NCBI GenBank assembly: GCA_947038265.1
Contig: CAMQVP010000001.1
Location: 124,968-188,967 of the forward strand
Reading direction: 5' to 3'
Origin: an uncultured Roseburia sp.
GTDB lineage: Bacteria > Bacillota > Clostridia > Lachnospirales > Lachnospiraceae
Length of the DNA: 64,000 bases
The position numbers and the translations under genes are program-made. The notes beneath the pieces are model-generated. The model did not search any database and had not been told where the DNA came from. It was given only the letters and a program-made list of their open reading frames with translations. Position 1 is the stretch's first letter; each line of letters begins with the position of its first letter. This document shows, one piece after another, positions 29,929 through 39,969 of this stretch.

Positions 29929-31287
29929 ATGAAACTTAGAAAAAATAACACATCGCTCCTTCGGGCAGTCTCAGAGTTAAAAGAGGCGGATTACTCGAAA
30001 AACCCTGAGCTGAATGCTATTTATCAAAGGCTTGCCAACGCAAGAAAGCAGTTTGCGGAAATATTCGAAAATAATGTCAGGGCAGTTATGCAGATCAGTT
30101 CCCTTGACCTGACTATGCAGCACGAAACGGAAAAAATCCTTGACATTGCCCATCGTGTATCAAAAGCGGCGGCAGCGATTTATGGAGATTCCAAAAACCA
30201 TTCCGATCAGAACAGCCAGCATGAAGCGCTTGCCAATACAATTATTGACATCGCCTCAGATTCGGAAGACGTCTACCAGAAAATCACGGAATGCCAAGAA
30301 GAACTAACGGATATCCGCTCACTTTCTGAAGAAACGATTCACACTTCACGCGAGATGCAAAAAGATATGGACAATCTCTTTAATATTATTAACCGTATGA
30401 ACGAAGTCATTACCGGAATTGATTCCATCTCTTTACAGACAAACCTTTTAGCGCTAAACGCTTCCATAGAAGCGGCAAGGGCTGGCGAAGCCGGACGGGG
30501 ATTTGCCGTTGTGGCAAATGAAATCCGGGATCTTGCCGTAGAAACGCAAAAACTGACCGGTGATATGAGCGAATTTGTCACCGAGATTAAAACCGCTTCC
30601 CAGCAGAGCATCAAAAGCGCGACGGAAACGATCGATTCGCTTGGCTCAATGACAGGCAAAATCAGCAATGTCTGGGAGCTTAACAACATAAACCAGTCAA
30701 GCGTTTCCAAAGTGACGGAATCCATCAGTTCCATCACGGCGTTAAGCGAAGAAATCAGCAGTTCCATGTCTGAAATGGAAAACCAGTTACGGGACAGCAC
30801 AGATTTTATGGAAAACGTCAGCCAAGAATTAAAAACCGCCACGGAACCGGTTGTCGATATTGAACAGACGCTGGACGCCACTGTCAAGCAGATGGGGGCT
30901 TTGTCTTCCGATGCATTCTTCCATTTAAAGAACGAAGAATTTGCCAAACATATCCGCAACGCCATTACGGCGCATCAGACATGGCTGCGCAATCTGGAAA
31001 ATATGGTAAAAAACAGAAGCATTATTCCTTTACAGTTAGATTCCACGAAATGCGGATTCGGGCATTTTTACCACGCTCTAACGCCAGACATACCAGCAGT
31101 CCGCCCCACTTGGGATGCGTTAAATGATAAGCATGAACGCTTCCACAGATTTGGCGGGGAGGCCATTATGGCATTAAAACAAAACGATTATGCGAAGGCA
31201 GAACATGTTTTAAATGAAGCTGAAATATATTCTAGGGAGCTAATATCCGATTTAAAAAGAATGCTTGACATTATAACTGCTTCCTAA
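29929..31287 (+). CDS. Soluble methyl-accepting chemotaxis protein with C-terminal CZB (chemoreceptor zinc-binding) domain
   Basis: The MCP signalling core reads [35 protein letters not shown], and no TM helices are evident. The C-terminus has H-x2-W-x3-L ... C-G-F-G-H-F-Y-H (HQTWLRNL ... [10 protein letters not shown]), the CZB signature. The start sits at an ATG after AAAGAGG. Confidence 0.8.
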   Translation: MKLRKNNTSLLRAVSELKEADYSKNPELNAIYQRLANARKQFAEIFENNVRAVMQISSLDLTMQHETEKILDIAHRVSKAAAAIYGDSKNHSDQNSQHEALANTIIDIASDSEDVYQKITECQEELTDIRSLSEETIHTSREMQKDMDNLFNIINRMNEVITGIDSISLQTNLLALNASIEAARAGEAGRGFAVVANEIRDLAVETQKLTGDMSEFVTEIKTASQQSIKSATETIDSLGSMTGKISNVWELNNINQSSVSKVTESISSITALSEEISSSMSEMENQLRDSTDFMENVSQELKTATEPVVDIEQTLDATVKQMGALSSDAFFHLKNEEFAKHIRNAITAHQTWLRNLENMVKNRSIIPLQLDSTKCGFGHFYHALTPDIPAVRPTWDALNDKHERFHRFGGEAIMALKQNDYAKAEHVLNEAEIYSRELISDLKRMLDIITAS

Positions 31288-31299
31288 TTTTAAATTTAC

Positions 31300-31345
31300 T
31301 TTGCAAAAAAGGAACCCGCTTGTTTTTAGGGGTTCCTTTTAAAAT
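31300..31345. terminator. Bidirectional terminator between convergent MCP and flagellin genes
   Basis: The stem aaaaggaaccc...gggttcctttt carries flanking U-runs on both strands. Confidence 0.65.
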
Positions 31346-31359
31346 TGCTATTTTTCAGT

Positions 31360-32130
31360 TTAACTTCTGTAAAGCTGCATGACCCTGCCATTTTCATTCT
31401 CTAAATGTTTCCGGCGCATCATAACCTGAAATGTCTCTAACAACTGATTCTTTTTTAAATCAGAGACCGCTTTCGGATAATCGAGATCTTCTAACCTGCT
31501 CTGGGATGCGGTCAGGTGATACGATGCATTTGCATTGTACGCCATAACAGAATCCAAACGGTTCGACGAAGCTCCCATACTGCTTCTCTGGGAACTGACT
31601 TTGTCTATCGCATCGTCAATCACGGATAAATCAAAGTCGCCGGAAGTCACATCGAAATCCGCAATGCCTAGCGCTTCTAAAGCGGAATTAGGCATATGGA
31701 TCTCCAATCCTCCTCCATTCGGACCTGCCGCTACATGGGAACTGCTCATGCTACCGTCAAGAATATTCATCTTATTAAACTGTGTCTGGGATGCGGTATC
31801 CGAAATCGACTGCTTTAGCTGGTCAATTTCCGCCTGAATCGCTCCGCGGTCGGAAGCCGTATACATAAAATTCGAAGCCTGTACGCCAAGTTCCCGGATA
31901 CGCTGTAAATTGTCCGTAATGGAACTAAGCGCCCCGTCTGCCACATTTAACATATCTTTTGAAGTTCCGGCGTTACGGTATCCTGAATCGTAACCGTTTT
32001 TCTGGCTCAACAGCTTTTGCGCGATTGCAAGAGCCGCCGCATCGTCCGCCGCTTTGTTAATCCGCTTTCCACTTGAAAGAGACTGATAATTGCGGCGCAA
32101 GTTTTGATTTGATATAGAAGAAATAGCCAT
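31360..32130 (-). CDS. Flagellin-domain protein (short, 256 aa)
   Basis: A flagellin N-domain-like segment reads LSSGKRINKAADDAAALAIAQKL, followed by a C-terminal helical region. I trimmed the start to the ATG after GGAGG at 32130. Confidence 0.6.
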   Translation of the reverse strand: MAISSISNQNLRRNYQSLSSGKRINKAADDAAALAIAQKLLSQKNGYDSGYRNAGTSKDMLNVADGALSSITDNLQRIRELGVQASNFMYTASDRGAIQAEIDQLKQSISDTASQTQFNKMNILDGSMSSSHVAAGPNGGGLEIHMPNSALEALGIADFDVTSGDFDLSVIDDAIDKVSSQRSSMGASSNRLDSVMAYNANASYHLTASQSRLEDLDYPKAVSDLKKNQLLETFQVMMRRKHLENENGRVMQLYRS

Positions 32131-32248
32131 AAATAACCTCCTCTCTGTGTTTGCGCAATTTGTTATATTTACCATAACACAAAATTTTCCATTGCACAAG
32201 ACGGAATGCAAAAACATTCTTCCCTAACTCTGCCGCCCCGTTATTCAT

Positions 32249-32841
32249 TCAAAACATGGTATTCCCGAAACAATTTTTCACAGTACTCCTTATCCTCCTG
32301 AATTTTTTAATCTCCTCCAAATGCCCGTTCTCCATAAGTTTTTGAATCAAAGAAAGCGTATTTTTTATCCCGATTGCTTCCCCTTCGATCTTCCCTTCCC
32401 GTTTTCCTTCGATCCTGCCTTTTTCCAAATTTTCCCGATCCCTCATTAATAACGTCATATTTCATGCCTCTATCTCCGATTTTTTTTCGCTTTTTCAACT
32501 GCTTCCTCTAACTGTTTGGTAAAAGCATCTTCTGAATGTATTCCAGCCACATAATCCAAAAACACTTTTAATTCAAGACGAACGTCATCGAGTTCATTGT
32601 CTGCATATAAAAATATCTTCGTGACGCCATCTTCTAATGCAAGGCTTTTTTCTTTCATACAACTATTTTCAAAAATATAGATATGCCTTCCTTTTTGAAA
32701 TGCATCAAATGGGCAGGTAAAAATGATATAATAAGGTTTTAAATACTTATAATGTAACCCTTTGTCTAACATCTGCAAATCAATCATACTTTGATAATAT
32801 CTTGCGCGTTTTGGAAGCTCTTTTGTATTGACTGCCTGCAT
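32249..32841 (-). pseudogene. Decayed Rpn/PD-(D/E)XK (PDDEXK_2/YhgA-like) nuclease-transposase gene: N-terminal nuclease core missing, C-terminal part frameshifted
   Basis: ORF 32470..32841 reads ARYYQSMIDLQMLDKGLHYKYLKPYYIIFTCPFD, matching the mid-region YY-S...L..G..Y..L.P.y.I.i motif of PDDEXK_2 proteins. The out-of-frame downstream ORF 32249..32458 carries GRIEGKREGKIEGEAIGIKNTLSLIQKLMENG, the typical EGK-repeat C-terminus. Confidence 0.5.
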
Positions 32842-33026
32842 TTCAATATCATATACAGCTTCTTTGCATCATTTACAAAACCGATTTTGTCATATAATAT
32901 ACTAAACTCACTGTTAATATTCAATCATTTATCCCAAATCCCCTGCATTCCCGATCTCATACATCGTCAAAAAATCCGCCGGACAGACAATAAAATCTAT
33001 CCCGCGGATTTTTATATATACTATAC

Positions 33027-35120
33027 TTAGCCTTTTCCTAAATAGAGCAGATAAATCAACGTAAATACAAGCCCTACATAAAACAGAAGCAATCCAAACG
33101 ACAAACTCCTTTGGATAATCGTATTTGTTTCCATAATTTTTTCCCTCTGCATTGCAAGTCTATGCTCAAAAGATACTTCATGCTCCGGCGCAGGCCGCCT
33201 TAAAATCCGGCGTTTCTTATTCCTCAGCCAGTCCAGCGCCTCGCCAAGCAAATGCGTAAACTCCGAGCCCTCCGGCAGTTCGTGTGGAATCTTACGGTCA
33301 CGATATATGGTTTTCCGCAATAATACCACAATCCCGTCCACAAGACTGTCAAAAATCCTGCAAAACACTCTTGCCAAAAATGGAAGCGCTGTAAGCAAAA
33401 GCGGCCGGTAAATCAATCCTTCCATATCAAGCCAGTCTGGCCAGCAGTTGCGGTATTCACGAATCCCTTGTTTCTCCGCCATAAGGAATTTACGGATACA
33501 CCAGTATAACGCCGCCCCAATTCCAATCGAAATCAGCCCGCCTTTTAAGTTTTCGAAACTAAAATAAGAAACTGCATGGATTTCCCCATTAAAATTCATA
33601 AATCCCTGTCCCAAATCTGCAATTTTGTCCGTCACAAGATGAGGCAAAAATCCAAGAACCGGAAGGATTGCCGAACTTCCCACAATCGCAAACGCGCTGA
33701 TTGGATTCATATACTTTCTCATGCCGTCAAACCGCTTCTGTTCCTTTACGCTGCTGTTTTTCTCTACAAAGAGGGCAACATATAATTTCGTCATATAAGC
33801 AAGCGTCATTCCGCCGCTAAATAAAAACACCCACTCTGCCGCTTTCAAAAAACCAGACAATTCCACAGCCAGTTCTGCGCCTTCCACAATGCTTTCATGC
33901 AGAAGCGTTTTGCTGATATACCCGTTAAACAGCGGAATGCCCGAAATCCCAAGCGCGCCTGCAAGGAAACAGGCGTTTAACAACGGCTTTTTCCTGCCAA
34001 ATCCCCGAATGTCATTCAAATCCAGTTTATGCAGATTCATAACGACAACTCCGGCAATCATAAAAAGCGCCAGTTTAATCAACGAATGGTTCACCATATG
34101 CAAAAGAGTCCCACGCGCGGCAAGCCCGTTTTCTTCGCCTAAAATCCCCTGCATCCCAATGCCTGTCAGGATAAAACCAATCTGTGACATGGAAGAACAT
34201 GCAAGCGTCCGTTTCAAATCCACAGAAAACACTGCCAAAAGCGCGCCGCCAAACATTGTGCAAAGACCTAAAAAGAGCAACAGCAGCCCCCACCTCTGGT
34301 CATGCAAAAAAATATTACTGCTGACAGCCAAAATGCCAAAAACGCCCGCTTTTGTTAAAATGCCGGACAACAGCGCAGAAGCCGGAGCCGGAGCGACCGG
34401 ATGGGCTTTTGGAAGCCAGATATGCAGTGGAAACGCCCCCGCTTTTGCCCCAAATCCAACCAATGCGCAAACGCCCGCAATATATAAAACGCCCTTATCT
34501 TCGCAGGCGGCAGCCGCAGAGAGCAATTCAGACATTTCAAGCGTCCCAAGCGTATGATAAAGCAAAAACAATCCCATCAAAAGAACCAATCCGCCAATTA
34601 CGGCAACTGCCAGATACGTCTCGGCCGCTTTTAACGCGCCCTTCGTTTCTTCCTGCGCCACCCAGACATAGGAAGTAAAGGACATAATTTCAAAAAAGAT
34701 AAATGTCGTAAATAAATCCGCAGATAAGAACACCCCAAGCGTCGCATTCAGCGTAACCAACTGAAAAAAATAATATCTTCCCAAATGCTTCTCATGCCCC
34801 AGATATTCCCGTGAAAATAAAAGCGTCATCATCCACATAAAGGCTGCTACAATCCCATATACGCCGCGAAACCCGTCAAGGCAAAAATGCAGTCCGAGCC
34901 CGCAAATGCCCGGCGCATACAATTCACTTCCCATGCCCTGCTGCGCCAAAATGCACATTAAGATAAATATAAACGCTCCCGCGCCGATTGCCAGCGCATC
35001 CCTAAGATTTCTAAAAGCCGCGTTCTGTTCCGCCGCCTTTTGCGCCTTCCAGTCCGCCAGAAAAACCGCCGCTGCCGCTGCCGACGGAACGGTAAGCAGA
35101 GCCATATACAATCCTTCCAT
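33027..35120 (-). CDS. MrpA/NuoL-type antiporter-like subunit with C-terminal lateral amphipathic helix and terminal TM anchor
   Basis: A Proton_antipo_M core reads GFGAKAGAFPLHIWLPKAHPVAPAPASALLSGILTKAG. A ~200-aa C-terminal extension ends in a TM segment (SLSFGLLLFYVGLVFTLIYLL). I trimmed the start to the ATG after AGGAGG at 35120. Confidence 0.7.
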   Translation of the reverse strand: MEGLYMALLTVPSAAAAAVFLADWKAQKAAEQNAAFRNLRDALAIGAGAFIFILMCILAQQGMGSELYAPGICGLGLHFCLDGFRGVYGIVAAFMWMMTLLFSREYLGHEKHLGRYYFFQLVTLNATLGVFLSADLFTTFIFFEIMSFTSYVWVAQEETKGALKAAETYLAVAVIGGLVLLMGLFLLYHTLGTLEMSELLSAAAACEDKGVLYIAGVCALVGFGAKAGAFPLHIWLPKAHPVAPAPASALLSGILTKAGVFGILAVSSNIFLHDQRWGLLLLFLGLCTMFGGALLAVFSVDLKRTLACSSMSQIGFILTGIGMQGILGEENGLAARGTLLHMVNHSLIKLALFMIAGVVVMNLHKLDLNDIRGFGRKKPLLNACFLAGALGISGIPLFNGYISKTLLHESIVEGAELAVELSGFLKAAEWVFLFSGGMTLAYMTKLYVALFVEKNSSVKEQKRFDGMRKYMNPISAFAIVGSSAILPVLGFLPHLVTDKIADLGQGFMNFNGEIHAVSYFSFENLKGGLISIGIGAALYWCIRKFLMAEKQGIREYRNCWPDWLDMEGLIYRPLLLTALPFLARVFCRIFDSLVDGIVVLLRKTIYRDRKIPHELPEGSEFTHLLGEALDWLRNKKRRILRRPAPEHEVSFEHRLAMQREKIMETNTIIQRSLSFGLLLFYVGLVFTLIYLLYLGKG

Positions 35121-35131
35121 ATGAAATCCTC

Positions 35132-36607
35132 CTAAAAACTCCCCTCTGCAACCGCTGTTACAATTTCCATAAACGGAGCAGAATGCAGCCCAAACACTGC
35201 CATGCCCGCCACAAAAATAAACAATGGCGCAAGCATCAGCCAATTCGGGTCTTTGACGTCTTTTATCGTATTATAATCAAAATCCGCGCTTGGAAAATAT
35301 GCCCGCGCAACAATCGTCAGCATATACATTGCCGTAAGAAGGGCAGAGACTAATAAAGCGCCCACGCCAACATAAGCAATGACTTCTTCACTTTCCAATG
35401 CGGCAGAAGCCAGATTCCACTTACTGATAAACCCACATAAACCGGGCACGCCCATCAGCGCAAGAGAAGAAACCGTAAACACCGCAAACACCTTTGGCAT
35501 TTTTCTTCCAAACCCATCTAACTGATGGATATAATGGCGCTCTGTCTGATGCATAATGGCGCCCGCGCAAAAAAAGGATGCGATTTTCATAAACGCATGG
35601 AACACCATATGGCTTAAAGCCGCCGCCAGCCCAAGCGGAGTCATAATTGTCACGCCAAATAAAATATAAGACAGATTACTGATTGTCGAATATGCAAGGC
35701 GGCGTTTCAAATGCGTCTCTTTTAGCGCCATACTGCATCCATAGACAACCGTAAACATCACTACCGCCATCAGAAGATATTGCGCCCACGTCCCTTTCAA
35801 AAAACCAACGCCAAAACAGTAAAATGTCAGACGCATAATTGCAAACGCGCCGGATTTTACGACTGCCACTGCATGAAGAAGCGCCGTTACCGGCGTAGGC
35901 GCAACGCCTGCCTGAGGCAGCCATGAATTAAGCGGGCAGATTGCCGCTTTTACGCCAAAGCCAAAAAAACTGAATACATAAATCAAAAGAAAAATATTCT
36001 CATGGCCCACAATCGCTTCGGGATTTAACACCCCACCTAATGCAAAATCTGAAGTCTGCCCAAATACCAGAATAAAAATCATGCCGATAAAAGCAAACGC
36101 CGCGCCGCCAATCGAATAATACAAATACTTCCGGCTTGCCAAAACCGCCTCCCGCGTCAGCGTGTGCATAACTAAAGGAACTGTCACAAGCGTAAGCATT
36201 TCATAAAAGCAATACATTGTCAGAAAATTATCCGCTAAAGCAATCCCAAGCGTTACCCCGTAAGTAATCGTATAAAACATGAAAAACACTTTCTCATGTT
36301 TCTCTTTTGTCATATATTCAAACGAATACAACACGGCAAGCGGCCATAAAAAAGAAATCAATCCTGCAAAAATACAGCCAAGCCCGTCTAACTGAAAAGC
36401 GATTTTTAAATTTCCGGCAAAATTTAAAAGCGTAAAAGACCCGTCCGGACGGTTTAATAAAAGCATCCAGACCAGCGCCGAAGTAAGCGTTACGACAAAC
36501 TCCAGATAAATCAGCATATAAATCCGCTTTTTCCAAGGGATAACCGCCGTCAGGGCGCCGCCAATGCAGGGAATCAGTATTACGATAAATAAATAAATTG
36601 CGCTCAT
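35132..36607 (-). CDS. MrpD/NuoN/NuoM-like antiporter subunit (copy 3)
   Basis: The protein is 491 aa with 14 TM segments and reads PLNSWLPQAGVAPTPVTALLHAVAVVKSGAFAIMRL. Confidence 0.75.
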   Translation of the reverse strand: MSAIYLFIVILIPCIGGALTAVIPWKKRIYMLIYLEFVVTLTSALVWMLLLNRPDGSFTLLNFAGNLKIAFQLDGLGCIFAGLISFLWPLAVLYSFEYMTKEKHEKVFFMFYTITYGVTLGIALADNFLTMYCFYEMLTLVTVPLVMHTLTREAVLASRKYLYYSIGGAAFAFIGMIFILVFGQTSDFALGGVLNPEAIVGHENIFLLIYVFSFFGFGVKAAICPLNSWLPQAGVAPTPVTALLHAVAVVKSGAFAIMRLTFYCFGVGFLKGTWAQYLLMAVVMFTVVYGCSMALKETHLKRRLAYSTISNLSYILFGVTIMTPLGLAAALSHMVFHAFMKIASFFCAGAIMHQTERHYIHQLDGFGRKMPKVFAVFTVSSLALMGVPGLCGFISKWNLASAALESEEVIAYVGVGALLVSALLTAMYMLTIVARAYFPSADFDYNTIKDVKDPNWLMLAPLFIFVAGMAVFGLHSAPFMEIVTAVAEGSF

Positions 36608-36619
36608 AGATTCCCCTCC

Positions 36620-38092
36620 TTACATCACTTGGGCGGCAAACGCCGCAAATTCTTCTGTCAGCCCATTTGGCAAAACGCCAATGAGAATTGTCAAAACCGC
36701 CAACGCAAGCAGGGGAACAAGCATAAGATAAGACGGTTCTTTGCCTGCAAACCGTTTCCAGTCATACCCTTCCCCCGGAAAAAACCCTTGCATCGTAACC
36801 GGAAGAAGATAACCCGCCGTAAGCAGCGCGCTGACTAAAAGCGTAACAGGCCCAAGCCACGAAAAAACAGCCATTCCGGAATCAAGCGCCCCCGTCGCCA
36901 AATACCATTTGCTAATAAACCCGCTTAAAGGCGGAATCCCAATCAGCCCCAGTGAAACAATCGTATAACACCAGATTGTCACAGGCATTCCCTTTCCAAT
37001 GCCCCTTAAATCTTCCACCCGCGTCGCGCCTGTCCGGTAAATCACCGCCGATGCGCCCAAAAACAGAGCCGTTTTTATAAACGCGTGAGCCGCCACATGC
37101 AAAAGAGATCCGGTCAGCGCCTGCGGCTGCATAACCGATAACCCAAACAAAATATAGGAAAGCTGGCTGACTGTTGAATACGCAAGCCGCTTTTTTAACA
37201 CAGGCTCTCTGAATGCAAGCATGGAACCCATAAACACCGTGATAAGCGTTAATGCCATCCACACCGTCTGCACAATGCTCCCGCGTAAAAACTCAACGCC
37301 GATAAGCTGGTAAACCACACGGATAACCGCCAATACGCCGCCCTTTACAATAATGCCGGACAACACGGCGGATGCAGGCCCCGGAGCGACCGGATGCGCG
37401 GCAGGAAGCCACGCGTGCAATGGAAACATGCCTGCTTTTACGCCAAATCCTATCAGCATACACATCGTGACTGTCAAAAACAACGCGCTATGCTGCTGCA
37501 AAACGCCTGCTTCAATTACGCCGCCTGCCGTAAATTCAAGCGTCGTCCCATAACGGGAAATAAAATAAACGCCAAACAACGCCATATATGCGCCCGCAAA
37601 TGAAAAGAAAAGGTATTTCAAAGCCGCCATCACCGCTTCCCTTGACTGGTTATGCAGGACAAGCGGCATGGAAGTCAGCGTCATAAACTCATAAAACAGA
37701 TACATGGTAATCAAATTTCCTGAAAAATCCAGACCAATCAATACGCCAAATACAATCAGGTAAAATGCGTAATACCGTTTTTCATTTTTTTCATGCTTCA
37801 TATATTCAAAGGAAAAAAAGCCCGCTAAAATCCAGACAATGACAACGACAAACGTAAAAAACTTTCCCAGCATATCCAGCTTAAAATAAACCGGAAGCGT
37901 CTTAGTCAGGTAAAATAAAGTCACGCCGCCCTCCACTGCAAAAATCCCATAGATTGCTAAAATACCGCTGACAAGCAGAATGCTTCCCACAAAAACAAGC
38001 AATGTTTTCCTCTGTTTAAATTCCTTTTTAAACAATAATGCAATCCCTGCCAGAATTGGGCAAAATACCGGCCAAAGCAACAGTTGCTCCAT
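36620..38092 (-). CDS. MrpD/NuoM-like antiporter subunit (copy 2)
   Basis: The protein is 490 aa and reads GVKAGMFPLHAWLPAAHPVAPGPASAVLSGIIVKGG. Confidence 0.75.
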   Translation of the reverse strand: MEQLLLWPVFCPILAGIALLFKKEFKQRKTLLVFVGSILLVSGILAIYGIFAVEGGVTLFYLTKTLPVYFKLDMLGKFFTFVVVIVWILAGFFSFEYMKHEKNEKRYYAFYLIVFGVLIGLDFSGNLITMYLFYEFMTLTSMPLVLHNQSREAVMAALKYLFFSFAGAYMALFGVYFISRYGTTLEFTAGGVIEAGVLQQHSALFLTVTMCMLIGFGVKAGMFPLHAWLPAAHPVAPGPASAVLSGIIVKGGVLAVIRVVYQLIGVEFLRGSIVQTVWMALTLITVFMGSMLAFREPVLKKRLAYSTVSQLSYILFGLSVMQPQALTGSLLHVAAHAFIKTALFLGASAVIYRTGATRVEDLRGIGKGMPVTIWCYTIVSLGLIGIPPLSGFISKWYLATGALDSGMAVFSWLGPVTLLVSALLTAGYLLPVTMQGFFPGEGYDWKRFAGKEPSYLMLVPLLALAVLTILIGVLPNGLTEEFAAFAAQVM

Positions 38093-38104
38093 GTCTCTCT
38101 CCTC

Positions 38105-39595
38105 CTATGCAAAAACGGATAATCCCTGCGCAATCCAGTCCGTAATCGGCTGTGAACACATGCCAAGCACAACATTCAATATAATAAACAACAACAGCGT
38201 AACGGCATACGCCGGATTTTCCTTCCATGACGCCGATGCGTATTTGCCATGCGCCGGAGTATAAATCCGAATCACTGTTTTCATAAAATAAATGGTATTT
38301 AAAATCGTGCTGATGGCAAGGGCAATTAACGTCGGAAGCACTTTATGTTCATTTAAAATCGCCGCTTGTGAAAACAAAAGCTTACTGACAAATCCAGAAA
38401 AAACCGGAATGCCTACCATAGAAAGCGAACCGACGGTAAACGCAAGACCTGCGCATATATTGCGGTAAGCCGAGCCGGTCAGCTCCAAAAACTCCTTATG
38501 GCCCCCCGACACATCAGTAAGGCCCGAACCGGAAACAAACAAAAGTGATTTTGTCGCCGCATGGGACAGCATATGGAACACAGACGCCACCATGCCGACC
38601 GCCGTGCCAAGCCCAAACCCCATATAGATATAGCCAATCTGCGCCACAGATGAAAATGAAATCATTCTGCGAATGTCATTTTCCCGTATTGCGCTCAAAG
38701 AGCCCATAATCATGCCGGCAAGGCCAAACACAAAAAGAACATTAATAATTTTACTGTCCCTAAATGTATCAAATCCTATTACGCGGTAAATAATCTTAAT
38801 CAGTAAAAAAATATACCCTTTTGAAACAAGGCTTGACAAAATCGCCGCGGAAGAAACCGTGGAATACCCATAAGCGTTCGGGAGCCACGCATGGAACGGA
38901 AACAGCGCGCTTTTAATTGCAAGCCCGACGACAATCAGCGCAATCGTAACTAAAAGCGGCGTATGGTACGTCCCGTTTGCCACAATCGCATCAATGCCCG
39001 CCTTGATATTGCTCATTAAAAGATGCCCTGTCAAATCGTAAAGCAGGCAGATTCCAATTAAAAAAAGCCCGGAACCCAATAGGCTCATAATCATATAACG
39101 CGTTGCCGCTTCAATCGTATGCCCCCGCTCCGTAATCATAATTAATCCGCAGGCGGAAATTGTATTTATCTCTACAAAAACATACGCAGTAAACAAGTCG
39201 TTCGTATACACAAGCGCCAAAAGAGAACTCAAAAGCAAATCCACCATAATGTAATAGAGGTTTTCCTTGGCGGGATTGATTTCAAGCAGTAATTTCTTTC
39301 TTCCCCCATTTAAAGAAAGCATCATAATTACACAGAAAAATAACGCCATTCCGGCTTCTAAAGAACCAAAACGGATTTCATTCCCAAACGGCGCCGGAAA
39401 ATGCCCCATCACATAGACATAGCTTTCTTTTGTCGTGATCGTCAAATACAATACGGCAAATGACAAGACGCTGACTGCCGCTATTACAAAGGAATTAAGC
39501 CATCTTGCTCCCCTGCCTTTCAACGCTGAACTGATAATCGCCGCAAACATGCACAGCAGGATTGAAAGGCATGGGAAATTTTTTATTATCTCCAT
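38105..39595 (-). CDS. MrpD/NuoL-like antiporter subunit (copy 1)
   Basis: The protein is 496 aa and reads SALFPFHAWLPNAYGYSTVSSAAILSSLVSKGYIF. Confidence 0.75.
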   Translation of the reverse strand: MEIIKNFPCLSILLCMFAAIISSALKGRGARWLNSFVIAAVSVLSFAVLYLTITTKESYVYVMGHFPAPFGNEIRFGSLEAGMALFFCVIMMLSLNGGRKKLLLEINPAKENLYYIMVDLLLSSLLALVYTNDLFTAYVFVEINTISACGLIMITERGHTIEAATRYMIMSLLGSGLFLIGICLLYDLTGHLLMSNIKAGIDAIVANGTYHTPLLVTIALIVVGLAIKSALFPFHAWLPNAYGYSTVSSAAILSSLVSKGYIFLLIKIIYRVIGFDTFRDSKIINVLFVFGLAGMIMGSLSAIRENDIRRMISFSSVAQIGYIYMGFGLGTAVGMVASVFHMLSHAATKSLLFVSGSGLTDVSGGHKEFLELTGSAYRNICAGLAFTVGSLSMVGIPVFSGFVSKLLFSQAAILNEHKVLPTLIALAISTILNTIYFMKTVIRIYTPAHGKYASASWKENPAYAVTLLLFIILNVVLGMCSQPITDWIAQGLSVFA

Positions 39596-39969
39596 TATCG
39601 TTCTTCCCTCTTTACTCTTATCGAAATTTCATCTAAATCCAACGTATGATATCTGCGGTAAAGCCGGATTGTCAGAGAAAGCATAAGCGCCGTCACCGAC
39701 ACCGACACGACAATCCCCGTCAGCACAAGGCCGCTTGGCACCGGATTGATATACGTTTCCGGGCTTACATCGCCGTTTACCACTATCGGCGCAATATGCC
39801 CGGCGATATAGCCTTTTTCCGCAAGAAACAGATAAACGGCAGTGTCCATAATATTCAATCCGATAATCTTTTTTATCATATTTTTCTGTAAAAGCAGGTT
39901 TGTAAATCCAATTCCAAACAATAGAATCGCCACCGCTTCCGCATAGTTTGCAAGCAGATGTCCGCCCAT
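39595..39969 (-). CDS. MrpC/MnhC (NuoK-like) subunit
   Basis: The ~124-aa protein has 3 TM segments and reads AILLFGIGFTNLLLQKNMIKKIIGLNIMDTAVYLFL. Its stop and start overlap the flanking genes by 1 nt each. Confidence 0.7.
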   Translation of the reverse strand: MGGHLLANYAEAVAILLFGIGFTNLLLQKNMIKKIIGLNIMDTAVYLFLAEKGYIAGHIAPIVVNGDVSPETYINPVPSGLVLTGIVVSVSVTALMLSLTIRLYRRYHTLDLDEISIRVKREER

